A DNA stretch of 64,000 nt from Planctomycetota bacterium (GCA_016209595.1 JACQVV010000510.1:852-64851); one strand, 5' to 3'; positions 9,030-18,620 are shown, numbered from the stretch's first letter. The notes: a model not told the origin generated them from the sequence alone. Numbers and translations: made by a program.

Positions 9030-10232
9030 TCAGTCCTTTTCGCCCGGTCCGACCTCGATCGGCGGATGGACGGTGACGCCCCCCTGTTCGGAGGGACCGC
9101 GCGCCCCGGAGAGGACCCACGCCTCCACCTTCTCGTACTCGGCGCGAGGGAGGGGAGGGAGGCCGAACGGCATCGCGGGGTGCTTCGCGCCCGAAAGATG
9201 GGCGAGAAGCGGTGAATTCGCCGCGAAGCGGACGACCACCGGCCGCCGCAAGCCGAGGTCGTCCGTGCTCCCGCGGACGAGGTCCTCGTAGCTTTCGAGG
9301 CTGAGTTTCCGCGGGTGGCGGCCCCACGTCGCGAGCCACCCGGCTCCGCCCTCGGGGTTCGCCGTGGGCGGCGGGTCTGCGCGCGGGCCGTAGTGGCAGG
9401 CGAGGCAGCGCTCGTCGAAGATTCGTTGCACCTCGCCGTAGGAGACCTCGGGCCGCGGGGAGGGGACGGCGTTGGCCACGTACCATGCGAGGAGCCGGGC
9501 ATCCTCTTCGCCCATCGCCGGGTCGTCGGGCATGGCCGACCAGGGCATCGAGCGATGCCCCTCGCGGATCGCGCCCGCGAGCCAGCCGGGCCGCACTCGC
9601 TGCCAGGCGAGTGTGAGGTCGGGTGCGGCGCGTGCCTCGACCGAGATCGCCTCGCTCGGGAGCGAATCTCCCATCGCATGACACTTCGCGCAACCCTTCT
9701 CTTCGAAGCACCGGCGTCCCTCCGCCAGTCGGGCGGGGTCGGGGGACTCCTCCCTTTCGGGCCCCGGGGACCCTTGGCGCTGGACTTGCTCCCTCCCGAG
9801 CTCCTCCAGATAGAGGGCGAGGACCTCGACCTCGAAGTCGGAGAGATCGAGGTCGGGCATGCGTGAGGGCTGGTTGGAACGGACGGGGTAGGGGTAGCGC
9901 AGGAAGCGACGGAGCCAGTCGCCCGGCCGCCGCTCTGCGATTCGAGCGAGAGGGAGCGCCAGGAAGTCGGCGATCCCCTCCCGCGCGTGGCAGTCCTGGC
10001 AGTTCGCTCTCGGGTGCTCGACGGGAGTTCCCGGCTCGGTTCGGTGGCAGTACTCGCAGCCGCGATCCCGGACGACGCGGCCTCCGGAGGCGAGGATCTC
10101 CTCTCGTGTCCGGGGGAGCGCGAGATCCCCCGGCCAGGGCGGCGAAGCTCGATCGGCGACGCGGACGGCCGCGGCGAGGAGCGCAACCAGGCCCCCCAGA
10201 AAGAGAATCCCTATCCCTCTTCCTCTGTCCAC
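9030..10232 (-). CDS. Tetraheme c-type cytochrome, membrane anchored
   Basis: Four CxxCH motifs (CEYCH, CQDCH, CAKCH, CLACH) and an N-terminal hydrophobic anchor. Overlaps the anti-sigma gene end by 22 nt. Confidence 0.8.
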   Translation of the reverse strand: MDRGRGIGILFLGGLVALLAAAVRVADRASPPWPGDLALPRTREEILASGGRVVRDRGCEYCHRTEPGTPVEHPRANCQDCHAREGIADFLALPLARIAERRPGDWLRRFLRYPYPVRSNQPSRMPDLDLSDFEVEVLALYLEELGREQVQRQGSPGPEREESPDPARLAEGRRCFEEKGCAKCHAMGDSLPSEAISVEARAAPDLTLAWQRVRPGWLAGAIREGHRSMPWSAMPDDPAMGEEDARLLAWYVANAVPSPRPEVSYGEVQRIFDERCLACHYGPRADPPPTANPEGGAGWLATWGRHPRKLSLESYEDLVRGSTDDLGLRRPVVVRFAANSPLLAHLSGAKHPAMPFGLPPLPRAEYEKVEAWVLSGARGPSEQGGVTVHPPIEVGPGEKD

Positions 10233-12454
10233 CAGGGCTCTCCGAGGAGAGGAAGGACCCGCGAGGCCCGCTCGCGGACCTCGGGGTCATCCGATCGGGC
10301 TGCCTCTTCGACGCCAGTGCGCGCGGCCGGCCCGATCCGGACGAGCTCCCTCTCGGCCGCCTCGCGCGTCTGCCAGGAGGCCGCGCCAAGGTCCGCGACA
10401 AGGGACCGGATGCGATCGGCGTTCGCCGGGGCATCGGGACGTTCCTCGCCGCCCTCGGCGGGATGCCCGTACCGCCGGAAGAGAAGGTGCGTGGGTTCGA
10501 AGCTCACGCCCGGCCTAACGGCTATCCGGGGCGGGCGTACGTTCCGTCCCTTGGGACTCACATAGAACAGGTCATCGACCATGCGCGCGCGGTGAAAGCA
10601 CGCGACGGCGTCGCCCTCCGGAGACACGGCCCCGGCGAGCGCCGAACCGACACGCCCCGAAACGTGCTCGGAGAGGAGGCCGGTCTGCCAGCTCCTCCCG
10701 GCGTCCGTGGAGAGGTGCGCGCGGTGGTGGCTCGAGGAGCGGCCCTCGAGGGCGAGGACGTTCTCTCCTGCCGCGACCGAGACGAGCATCGCTCCGGCGT
10801 CCCCCGGGACGGGCCGTGCCTCGGGCTGTCCTTCACCGCGCGCCGCCACAAGGAAGTGCCCGCGAAGGCCCGTTGCGAGGAAGTGGGGACCTTGGGTGAG
10901 CTCGAGGATCTGGCGAAGGCGCGCTGGCCGGTGCTCGGGCGGGACCGCGACCGACTCCGCGCGCCAAGTCCGGCCCTCCGCGCTCGAATACCCCGAGAAC
11001 GAGTCTCCCGCCTTTCCCAGTCTCCAGAGCTCGTAGCGCCCTTCCTGCGAACCGAGCGCCCAGTCCACCTCCTCGTCCTCGGGGTCGCGTGGCGCGGGGG
11101 CCTCGAAGGGGGAGAACGCTTCCCAGGTCGCGCCGCCGTCGGGGCTCGTGGCGAGCTCCCGCGCGAGGAGTTTCCCGGGACCCCCGGCAAGGACGACGCC
11201 GCGTTCGCCGATCCAGGCCCACCGGGCCCAGGTCGCCTCCTGGGAAAGAGGAGGCAGGGGAACTCTCTTCACGGAGGGCTGCGCGTCGAGCGAGATGTCG
11301 ATCGTCTCGAGCGCCCCACTCTCGAAGTCCATGGCCAGTAACGAGAGCGTCCTGTCCCTGGTCCGCGAATCCAAGGGAGCCTTGCCCGGAAGGTCCGCGA
11401 TCATTCCAAAGGAGCGGCCCTGGTCGTCGCTCGAGAGGACGACCGTCCGGTTCGCGCGCACGAACCGGCGCTCCGTGAGGCCGTAGCTTTGCGCCACGAG
11501 GAGGACGCGTTCGCCCGCGAACTCGATCCTCCACGGCCCAAGGGGGCCCGCGGAGACTTCCGGCACGCGGATCTCCGAGGGGAAGAGCCAGGCGCGCTCC
11601 CCCGGAAGGCCGATCCGCTTCCCGGAAGCCCCTCCCCGCTCGCTCCACAGGATCTCCCCCCTGCGACCGAGGATGCGGCCTCCGGCCGCGGAAAGCTCCA
11701 CCCGGCCCTCCCAGACCGTCACCTCGATACGGCCCTCGCCACCGGCGGGCGCCGAGACCTCGAAGCGCGTGCCGAGCGCCCGGACCTCTCCCGCGCCCGT
11801 CTCGACCGTGAGCGTGGCGGAGCCCTTCGCCACGTCGAGGAAGACCCTGCCCCGCGAGAGGCGGATGCGCGGGCGCCCGCTTTGCAGCGGACCGATCGCG
11901 ACCTCGGTTCCGGGGAGCGCCTCCAGGTAGGTCCCGTCCCCCAGGAGGACCTCGGCGCGCGCGCGGGCGGCGAGGGAGACGGACTCACCTGGGGCGAGAA
12001 TCGTCCCGGCTGCGACCGGGCGGCCCGAGACGTCCGTCAAGCCGTCGCCAGAGATCACCCGGGCGAGGAAGGGGGCGGCCGTTTCGGGGAGCTGTGCCTG
12101 GCTCTCGGGAGATGGGCCCCTCCCGTCCCCCGACCTCCGACCCCCGTCGCCCGGAAGGAGGGCGATCCCGGCGACGACGATCACCCCCGCGGCGAGAAGG
12201 GCGGCCGCCGCGATCCGTGCGACCCGGGCGCGGCGGACCTGTCTAGCGGTCCGGCTCGCGAGGCGCGCCGGCGGTGCGGGGGCCGCTCCGCCGGCGATCG
12301 CGCCCGAAACGGCGCGGGCCTCACCTTCGAGATGCGCGAGCAAGGTCGCGCACTCCGGGCAGCCGGCGACGTGGGAGGCCACCTCTTCCCGGCGCCCGGG
12401 TTCGAGCCCCTCGAAGAAGTGGAGGTTGATCTCCTCCCAGGTCGGGTGAGTCAT
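10211..12454 (-). CDS. Anti-sigma factor with zf-HC2, TM, FecR-like, BNR/sialidase-like propeller and HEAT-like C-terminus
   Basis: N-terminal HVAGCPECATLLAH, then one TM segment. The FecR-like region reads GDGTYLEALPGTEVAI. BNR-like SxDxGxxW/F repeats are SDDQGRSF, SPDGGATW, SAEGRTW and STDAGRSW. The C-terminus REAAERELVRIGPAA...DPEVRERASRVL is HEAT-like. Confidence 0.7.
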   Translation of the reverse strand: MTHPTWEEINLHFFEGLEPGRREEVASHVAGCPECATLLAHLEGEARAVSGAIAGGAAPAPPARLASRTARQVRRARVARIAAAALLAAGVIVVAGIALLPGDGGRRSGDGRGPSPESQAQLPETAAPFLARVISGDGLTDVSGRPVAAGTILAPGESVSLAARARAEVLLGDGTYLEALPGTEVAIGPLQSGRPRIRLSRGRVFLDVAKGSATLTVETGAGEVRALGTRFEVSAPAGGEGRIEVTVWEGRVELSAAGGRILGRRGEILWSERGGASGKRIGLPGERAWLFPSEIRVPEVSAGPLGPWRIEFAGERVLLVAQSYGLTERRFVRANRTVVLSSDDQGRSFGMIADLPGKAPLDSRTRDRTLSLLAMDFESGALETIDISLDAQPSVKRVPLPPLSQEATWARWAWIGERGVVLAGGPGKLLARELATSPDGGATWEAFSPFEAPAPRDPEDEEVDWALGSQEGRYELWRLGKAGDSFSGYSSAEGRTWRAESVAVPPEHRPARLRQILELTQGPHFLATGLRGHFLVAARGEGQPEARPVPGDAGAMLVSVAAGENVLALEGRSSSHHRAHLSTDAGRSWQTGLLSEHVSGRVGSALAGAVSPEGDAVACFHRARMVDDLFYVSPKGRNVRPPRIAVRPGVSFEPTHLLFRRYGHPAEGGEERPDAPANADRIRSLVADLGAASWQTREAAERELVRIGPAARTGVEEAARSDDPEVRERASRVLPLLGEPWWTEEEG

Positions 12455-12460
12455 CGGACG

Positions 12461-13399
12461 CTATCGTTCCTTCGACCCGGCCGCGGCGAGCGAGATTCGG
12501 AAGTCCTGGGTCCACCGCGAGAGCGGGTTGGTTTCGCCTCCGATCCGGCGGCCGGCGATCTTCGTGATCACCGCCGTCTCGATCGGCTTCCATGTCCCCT
12601 CCTTCGAGGCGCGGTCCTGGACGGCCTGGAGTGGTTCCGGGAGCGCGAACTCGGCCACCCCTTCGAGCTCGAAGCCGAACGCGGCGACCTTGGCCTGGAC
12701 GTCGGGGATCGCGTCCTCCGTGACCACGTAGAGGCTGATGTCGAAGACGCCTTGCCCCCTGCTGAAGAGGACGGGGTAGACGATGGCCTCGGAGGCGAAG
12801 GAGATGCGAAGCGGCCGGAGGCTTCCGTTCCGGACGAGCGTCGATTCGCCCTGGCCCGGCCGCACGTCCACCGCGAGCCAGACCCATCCGCGTTCGACGT
12901 ACCAGGCCATGTTCTCGGCCGGGATCTCGCCGAAGCCGTTCGCGACGAGCCACTCGCCGAGCGCCCGGGCACCCTCGGTCCCGCTCGCCCGGATAGGCTG
13001 GATCTCGTACTCGCCGACCGAGACCTTGTCGAGGAGCTCGATCCCGCCCCGCGGCACGGCGTCCTCGCCCTTCGCGCCCTGGCCGTTCCGGAGCGACTTC
13101 TCCCACGCCTGCCAGGCGTCGAACATCGACCGGAAGATCTCGACGTCCTCGACCGCATAGTCGTCGGGGACCGCCGGGACCGGGATGACCCAGGCGAGGT
13201 GCGACGGGAGCTGCCCGCCGGCGCCCGGCTCGATGCGGAAGTCGTTCTTGAGGATCAGGTGCTCGCGCCCGTCGTTGTAGAGGAGGATCGCCTCCTGCCC
13301 GCCCTGCTCCGCGCTCCCGGCGTAGTCCTTCGGGACGTGGATGCAGGCGAGGACGGGGGCGGCGGCGAAGATCGCGGCGATCGTCGTGAGGATTCTCAT
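12461..13399 (-). CDS. Secreted DUF2330-like protein
   Basis: Signal peptide, then the conserved block LILKNDFRIEPGAGGQLPSHLAWVIPVP. The family name is from memory of the FAWVxPVP signature. Paralog of 13421..14341. Confidence 0.6.
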   Translation of the reverse strand: MRILTTIAAIFAAAPVLACIHVPKDYAGSAEQGGQEAILLYNDGREHLILKNDFRIEPGAGGQLPSHLAWVIPVPAVPDDYAVEDVEIFRSMFDAWQAWEKSLRNGQGAKGEDAVPRGGIELLDKVSVGEYEIQPIRASGTEGARALGEWLVANGFGEIPAENMAWYVERGWVWLAVDVRPGQGESTLVRNGSLRPLRISFASEAIVYPVLFSRGQGVFDISLYVVTEDAIPDVQAKVAAFGFELEGVAEFALPEPLQAVQDRASKEGTWKPIETAVITKIAGRRIGGETNPLSRWTQDFRISLAAAGSKER

Positions 13400-13420
13400 G
13401 GGTGGTCTTCTCCTGGCAAT

Positions 13421-14341
13421 TTACCGTGGCGTGATCTTGAAATCGTCCTTCCAGCTCGCGAGCGAGATGCGCGGCCCGTTGACGCCGCGCCCCACGACCT
13501 TGTGGACGCAGGGGCTCTCGATCGTCTTCCAGCTCCCCTCGCGGGCGGCCCTCTCCTGGATGGCCTGGACTCGCTCCGGCAGGGCGAACGAGAGGACCCC
13601 TTCGAAGGAGAAACCGTACCGGGCGACCTGCTCGCCGATGTCGGCGACCTCATCCTCGGTCACGATGTACAGGTTGACGTCGAAGGTCCCCTGGCCCGCG
13701 TTCACGAGGACCGGGTAGGCAATCTCGTCCGTCGCAAACGAGATCGAGAGCGGGCGAAGGCTGCCGTTCCGCACCAGTTCCGACTCGCCCTGCGCGAGGC
13801 GGACCTTGACGGCGAGCCAGACCCAGCCCCGTCCCGCGTACCAGGCGAGGTTTTCAGCCGGCACCTCGCCGAATCCGTTCGTGGAGAGCCAGGCGCCGAG
13901 GGCCTTCGCCCCCTCCTCGCCGCGGGCGCGGATCGGCTGGATCTCGTACTCGCCCACCTCGACCTTCTTGAGGAGCTCCATCTCCTCGCCCGCCGGCGGT
14001 CCGTCCTCTTCGAGCTCCTCCTTGCTGTTCTCGGCGAACTGCTCCTCCCAGGCGGCGAAGAGGTCGCGGAAGACCTCGACGTCCTCCACGGCGTAGGCGG
14101 AAGGCTCGCTCGGGACGGGCAGCACCCAGGCGAGGTGCGAGGGGAGCTGTCCGCTCGCCCCCGGATCGATCCGGAAGTCGTTCTTGAGGACGAGGATCTC
14201 GCGGCCGGCGTTCCAGAAGACGATCGCCTCCTGGGCGGTCTGCTCGAGCGTTCCGTCGTAGCCCCGAGGAAGGTGCTCGCAGGCGAACACCGGCGCGGCG
14301 ACGGCCGCGGCGGCGAGGATGAGCGCTGGGGTCCGTGACAT
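13421..14341 (-). CDS. Secreted DUF2330-like protein (tandem paralog)
   Basis: Internal ATG at 14341 gives MSRTPALILAAAAVAAPVFA; LVLKNDFRIDPGASGQLPSHLAWVLPVP. The upstream part of ORF 13421..14806 is Arg/Pro junk overlapping the sigma gene. Confidence 0.65.
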   Translation of the reverse strand: MSRTPALILAAAAVAAPVFACEHLPRGYDGTLEQTAQEAIVFWNAGREILVLKNDFRIDPGASGQLPSHLAWVLPVPSEPSAYAVEDVEVFRDLFAAWEEQFAENSKEELEEDGPPAGEEMELLKKVEVGEYEIQPIRARGEEGAKALGAWLSTNGFGEVPAENLAWYAGRGWVWLAVKVRLAQGESELVRNGSLRPLSISFATDEIAYPVLVNAGQGTFDVNLYIVTEDEVADIGEQVARYGFSFEGVLSFALPERVQAIQERAAREGSWKTIESPCVHKVVGRGVNGPRISLASWKDDFKITPR

Positions 14342-14358
14342 CGGTTGCTTCCTTTCTC

Positions 14359-14919
14359 TTATCGAAGTTGGTGCGGGCGGGACGCCGGCGGGTCGTCGGA
14401 TCTCGCCGGGGGCATGGTGAACGGCGTTCGCGCTTTCTTCCGAAGCCGTTCCATCGCCCGGAAGAGGGCGACGCCCACGGCGTTCGGCGTGAGGCCGAGC
14501 GCCCCGGCGATCTCCTGGTTCGAAAGCCCCTGGTAGTGGCGCGCGACCACGAGGAAGCGGTCCCGATCCGTGAGCGAGTCCAGAGAGTCGCGTAGCCGGG
14601 CCCGGTCCTCCTCGGAGTCCGCGGCGAGGACCGCCTCGCAGGGGACCTCGGGGGCCGCTTCGAGCGGGACCTCCCGGCGGCGGCGCCGCGCGCGCAGTTT
14701 CTTGAGGCAGACCCGGTCGAGGATCCCGAAGAGCCAGGGCTCGATCGGCCGCGTCCGGTCGAAGCGGTCTATTCCCCGGAAGGCGGCGACCAGGGCCTCC
14801 TGGCAAGCGTCCTCGGCCTCATGGGCGCGTCCCAGAATCCTCTCCGCGGCTCGGTACAAGGGTTTCCAGTGGCTCTCGACCAGGGTTTCCCAGCTCTCCA
14901 GGACCTCTCGTCCCTTCAC
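14359..14919 (-). CDS. ECF-type RNA polymerase sigma-70 factor
   Basis: Region 2 is EDACQEALVAAFRGIDRF...PWLFGI. Region 4 is LTDRDRFLVVARHYQGLSNQEIAGALGLTPNAVGVALFRAMERLRK. Confidence 0.9.
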   Translation of the reverse strand: MKGREVLESWETLVESHWKPLYRAAERILGRAHEAEDACQEALVAAFRGIDRFDRTRPIEPWLFGILDRVCLKKLRARRRRREVPLEAAPEVPCEAVLAADSEEDRARLRDSLDSLTDRDRFLVVARHYQGLSNQEIAGALGLTPNAVGVALFRAMERLRKKARTPFTMPPARSDDPPASRPHQLR

Positions 14920-14967
14920 GCCCTGTTTTCCCCGAGCGCGGGCGTCATTACAGGAAAACCGAAAACG

Positions 14968-15570
14968 TCACGGGCCGACCCCGCTCCAAGCCGCGGCGGA
15001 GCGCCGCTTCGCCCATCCGGCGAACTTGACGAGGGCGGCGACGTAGAGGCCGACAAGGACGAGCCGGAGGATCGCCACGAACGCGATCCCGATGAGGCCG
15101 CCGGAGTACTCGGGCGATCCGGACCGGAACTGCTCCAGCATGATCGTCCCCTGCCAGACTCCGATGCCGAGCGAGGCGAACGACGCGAGGACGTCGAACC
15201 AGCCCAGCGCCTGCGCCCAGGCCTGGCGGGCGAGCAGGAACGCGTTCGCGGAGAGCCCGAAAAACGCGAGCGCGGCGCCGGAGACGAGCTCCGCGATGGC
15301 CGTCCCGGCCATCGGGTCGTCCTTCTTCATCACGCTATAGCCGTAGACGCCGAAGCCGACAATGAACACCCGCAGGCCCGCGAAGACGAGGTCGAGAATG
15401 AACATCACCTTGCAGAACGTGGGAAGGGCGGCAGCATCCGGCGCCCGGGGGCGCGCGGCGGGAGCGCCGTACGACTCCCGGATCTGCGGCGTGAGGAATT
15501 CCCCGCAGTGCTTGCACTTCAGCGCAGCGGCGAGGATCGCCTCTCCGCAGAAGGGGCAGTTCTTGGTCAC
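14968..15570 (-). CDS. Zinc-ribbon membrane protein
   Basis: GTG at 15570 gives VTKNCPFCGEAILAAALKCKHCGEF (CxxC..CxxC) followed by about four TM helices. The upstream part of ORF 14968..16128 is Arg/Pro-rich and antisense to the kinase. Confidence 0.6.
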   Translation of the reverse strand: MTKNCPFCGEAILAAALKCKHCGEFLTPQIRESYGAPAARPRAPDAAALPTFCKVMFILDLVFAGLRVFIVGFGVYGYSVMKKDDPMAGTAIAELVSGAALAFFGLSANAFLLARQAWAQALGWFDVLASFASLGIGVWQGTIMLEQFRSGSPEYSGGLIGIAFVAILRLVLVGLYVAALVKFAGWAKRRSAAAWSGVGP

Positions 15571-15614
15571 GGGACAGCCTCGGCTGGACGTGCCGACGAT
15601 CCTACCACGGTAGA

Positions 15615-18600
15615 ATGCGCGGGTCGCCAACCGACAGCGAAAGTGGAGAATCGGTCTTGGTCCCCAGGCACGACCCCGAGAGCGTCTACGCTCAGGTCCT
15701 CGCCGAGGGCGGCCTCCCGGCGAGGTTTCTCTCGCTCGTCGAGAGGGATGGGGAGAAGGTCGTGGTCGTGCGCAGGACGGATCACGCCGTCCGGGAGATC
15801 CTGGCGGCCATGGACGGCGGGGCGAGCGGCGCCGACCTGCAGGCAGGCTTCCCCGGCGTGACCTCCGAGGACGTGCGCGCGATCCTGGAACTCTCCCGGC
15901 GCGTGGACGAGATCGCGGGAAGAAGGAGCGCGTCCAGGCGGACCGTGCGGAAGCGGCCGGGTCTTGAGACGACCGAGGAGACGATCGTCGTCCCGCCGCC
16001 CCCGCCTGAGCGCCGGCGCAACCCGGGATCTGGATCGCATGCGCGATCCCGGACCGGGAGCGCCTGCGCGACCCCGGACAAGGACGTGAGGAAGCCCGTG
16101 GCGACGGGGGCGGAGCCGGAAATCGCACCGGCGGCCGGGGACCGCTACGAAATCCGCGAGGAGCTCGGTCGGGGTGGGATGGGACAGGTCCTCGTCGCCC
16201 ATGACCGCGAGCTCCGCCGCGATGTGGCTCTGAAAATCCTCCGCGAGGACCTCTCGTCCGACCCGCGCTACGCCCAGCGATTCCTGGAGGAGGCGCAGGC
16301 CTCCGCGCAGCTCGAGCACCCGAACATCGTCCCGACCTACGACTTCGGGCACCTCCCCGATGGGCGGGTCTACTTCGCGATGAAACTCGTGCGCGGGCGG
16401 ACGCTCGCCCGGGCTATCGAGGAACTCCGCGCCCAGAAGTCGCGGGCGCTGGAACGTATGCGCGACTCCGAATCTCAAGCGCATGCGCGACCCAGGACCG
16501 GGAGCGCAGGCGCGACCCCGGACAAGTACTTCGGCCTGGAGCTCCTTCTCCAGATATTCCTCAAGATGTGCGACGGCGTCGCCTACGCGCACGCCCGGGG
16601 CGTGATCCACCGCGACCTCAAGCCCGCGAACGTCATGCTCGGCGAGTTCGGCGAGGTCCTTCTCATGGACTGGGGACTGGCGAAGCTCCTGCCGCGCCGG
16701 CGCCGGCAGACGACGGGGTCGCGGAAGAGAGTCGCCCCCGATGTCCACACGCTTCGGGAGGAGTCCGACCTCGTGCTCACGCGGGACGGCGAGATCGCGG
16801 GGACCGCGCTCTACATGTCCCCCGAGCAGGCGCGCGGGGACCAGGACCACGTGGACCAGCAGTCGGACGTCTACGCCCTGGGCTCCATCCTCTACGAGAT
16901 GTTGACGCTCTCCGCGCCGTTCGAAGGAGCCGAGGGGGACGAGATCTTCGAACGGATCGCGAACGAGGACCCCGAGCCGCCCGCGAGGCGCGCTCCCGCC
17001 AGGCGGATCCCGCGCGAGCTCTCCGCGATCTGCCTGAAGGGGCTCGCGAAGGAGAAACGCGATCGCTACCGGACGGCGGCTGCCCTCCAGGAGGACATCC
17101 AGCGCTTCCTCGCCCACCAGCCGGTGCGGGCCGCTCCGGACAACCCGCTCCGGCTCGCCGGGAAGTGGGCGGTCCGCCACCCGACCCTCTCGGCCGCGGT
17201 CTCGATCGCGCTTGTCGTCTCCGCGCTCGCGGGCGCGGTCCTCAGGGTCCAGTGGACCGAGGCGAGGAACCAGAACCGGCTCCGGCTCGACGGGTATCGC
17301 GCCTCGGGCCGGGCCCATCAGGAGCGGGCCGCCGCGCTCCTCGACGAGTGTGCGGATGGCGCCGCGCGGGGCGACGTCCCACTCGAGGAGCTCCGTCTCG
17401 TCGTGCGCGAGTACGACCTCGCGCGCTCCTGGTACGAGATGCTCCGCAAGGAGGAGGAGGGGAGCGAGGCGTACGAGGCCGTCGTCCGGAGCTACCTCGG
17501 CCAGGCCCGGGCGGCGAGACTGGAAGAGATCATGAAGAAAACCCCAGGAGAGTACCCGGAGGCCGTTCGCTACCTCGAAGCGGCCCGCGCCGCGGACACC
17601 GAACGCCGCTTCGCAGGCGAGATCGACGCGGCTCTCCGCGACGCCGCCGCGATCGTGACGGTCACGCTCTCCCTCGCCCCGGCCGGCGCCACGGTCGAGG
17701 TCTTTCGGGTCGAGGGACCCTTCTGCGAGGAGACGTCCCTCTTCGAGGAGGTGGCCGGCGATTCGCCCGTTGTGCTTGACCTTGCCGCCGGGAGCTATGT
17801 CCTGGCCGCGCGCGCTCCCGGCCGGGCGCCCGCGAGGCTCCCCCTCTACCTCGAACGGTACTTCGACCGGAACCGGGAGCTCTCGCTCTCGCTTCTTCCG
17901 GCCGAGGAGGTGCCCCCCGGCTTCGTCCACGTCCCCGCCGGCTGGTTCCGCGCGGGCGAGGACGCGTCCTGGACTCGCATCGAGAAGGACTTCCTCATCG
18001 CCGAACGCGAGGTGGCCTTCGGGGAATACGTCGAGTTCTTGTCCTCCCTCCCCGAGGCGAAACGAGCGGAGTTCGCGCCGGCGGCCACGACGCTGGGCGA
18101 TCGCCAGCAGGACCTCCTCCCGGTCGTCCAGGAACTCGCCGACTGGGAGAAGTACCCTGCCGTCGGGATCTCGCTCGGGCAGGCAATTCCCTACGCGCGC
18201 TGGCGGAGCGAAGAGTCGCGCGGGGCTTTCCGCTTCCGTCTTCCGACCGACATGGAATGGGAGTATGCCGCGCGCGGCGCCGATGGCCGCCCCTATCCGT
18301 GGGGCTGGACCTTCGACCGCGAGCGCACGAACATGGCCCGGACCAAGGAGCACAACGTCAGCCTCGATGCCCTCCAGACCTGCCTCGAACACGCGGGCGG
18401 ACGTCCCGCCGGGCGTTCGGTCTTCGGGTGCCTGGAGATGGCGGGAAACGTCTCCGAATGGACCTCCACCGCGGAGCCGGACTTCGCCGTCTTCCGCGTT
18501 CGGGGCGGAGCCTTCAACTCCCCGGAGACGGGCTGCCTCACGTCCCACTACCAGGCCATGCATCAGATGGCCCAGTACACCCAGATCGGCATGCGCCTGG

Positions 18601-18620
18601 CGGCGGATGTGGCGAAGTAG
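15615..18620 (+). CDS. Ser/Thr protein kinase fused to a C-terminal FGE-sulfatase (SUMF1-like) domain
   Basis: Kinase motifs are LGRGGMGQV, VALKIL, HRDLKPANVML, DWGLAK and YMSPEQ. A TM segment (LSAAVSIALVVSALAGAV) follows. FGE motifs are VPAGWFRAG, RLPTDMEWEYAARG, YPWG, GNVSEWT and RGGAF. The N-terminal REILAAMDGGASGADLQAGFPGVTSEDVRAIL is DUF433-like. The exact start is uncertain. Confidence 0.85.
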   Translation: MRGSPTDSESGESVLVPRHDPESVYAQVLAEGGLPARFLSLVERDGEKVVVVRRTDHAVREILAAMDGGASGADLQAGFPGVTSEDVRAILELSRRVDEIAGRRSASRRTVRKRPGLETTEETIVVPPPPPERRRNPGSGSHARSRTGSACATPDKDVRKPVATGAEPEIAPAAGDRYEIREELGRGGMGQVLVAHDRELRRDVALKILREDLSSDPRYAQRFLEEAQASAQLEHPNIVPTYDFGHLPDGRVYFAMKLVRGRTLARAIEELRAQKSRALERMRDSESQAHARPRTGSAGATPDKYFGLELLLQIFLKMCDGVAYAHARGVIHRDLKPANVMLGEFGEVLLMDWGLAKLLPRRRRQTTGSRKRVAPDVHTLREESDLVLTRDGEIAGTALYMSPEQARGDQDHVDQQSDVYALGSILYEMLTLSAPFEGAEGDEIFERIANEDPEPPARRAPARRIPRELSAICLKGLAKEKRDRYRTAAALQEDIQRFLAHQPVRAAPDNPLRLAGKWAVRHPTLSAAVSIALVVSALAGAVLRVQWTEARNQNRLRLDGYRASGRAHQERAAALLDECADGAARGDVPLEELRLVVREYDLARSWYEMLRKEEEGSEAYEAVVRSYLGQARAARLEEIMKKTPGEYPEAVRYLEAARAADTERRFAGEIDAALRDAAAIVTVTLSLAPAGATVEVFRVEGPFCEETSLFEEVAGDSPVVLDLAAGSYVLAARAPGRAPARLPLYLERYFDRNRELSLSLLPAEEVPPGFVHVPAGWFRAGEDASWTRIEKDFLIAEREVAFGEYVEFLSSLPEAKRAEFAPAATTLGDRQQDLLPVVQELADWEKYPAVGISLGQAIPYARWRSEESRGAFRFRLPTDMEWEYAARGADGRPYPWGWTFDRERTNMARTKEHNVSLDALQTCLEHAGGRPAGRSVFGCLEMAGNVSEWTSTAEPDFAVFRVRGGAFNSPETGCLTSHYQAMHQMAQYTQIGMRLAADVAK
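16036..16082. repeat. 47-bp palindrome-rich repeat, copy A (in frame in the kinase linker)
   Basis: cgcatgcgcgatcccggaccgggagcgcctgcgcgaccccggacaag contains gcatgc and the tcccgg-a-ccggga inverted repeat. It encodes HARSRTGSACATPDK. Confidence 0.8.
16480..16526. repeat. 47-bp palindrome-rich repeat, copy B (in frame inside the kinase catalytic domain)
   Basis: cgcatgcgcgacccaggaccgggagcgcaggcgcgaccccggacaag; 43 of 47 positions match copy A by eye. It encodes HARPRTGSAGATPDK between the hinge region and the HRD helix. Confidence 0.8.

Noticed and set aside
15571-15620. TAGAAT hexamer just before the kinase ORF as a -10 box.
   Set aside because: It overlaps the annotated ATG at 15615, and no acceptable -35 lies 16-18 nt upstream. 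Accepting it would require moving the kinase start to an unsupported downstream codon.
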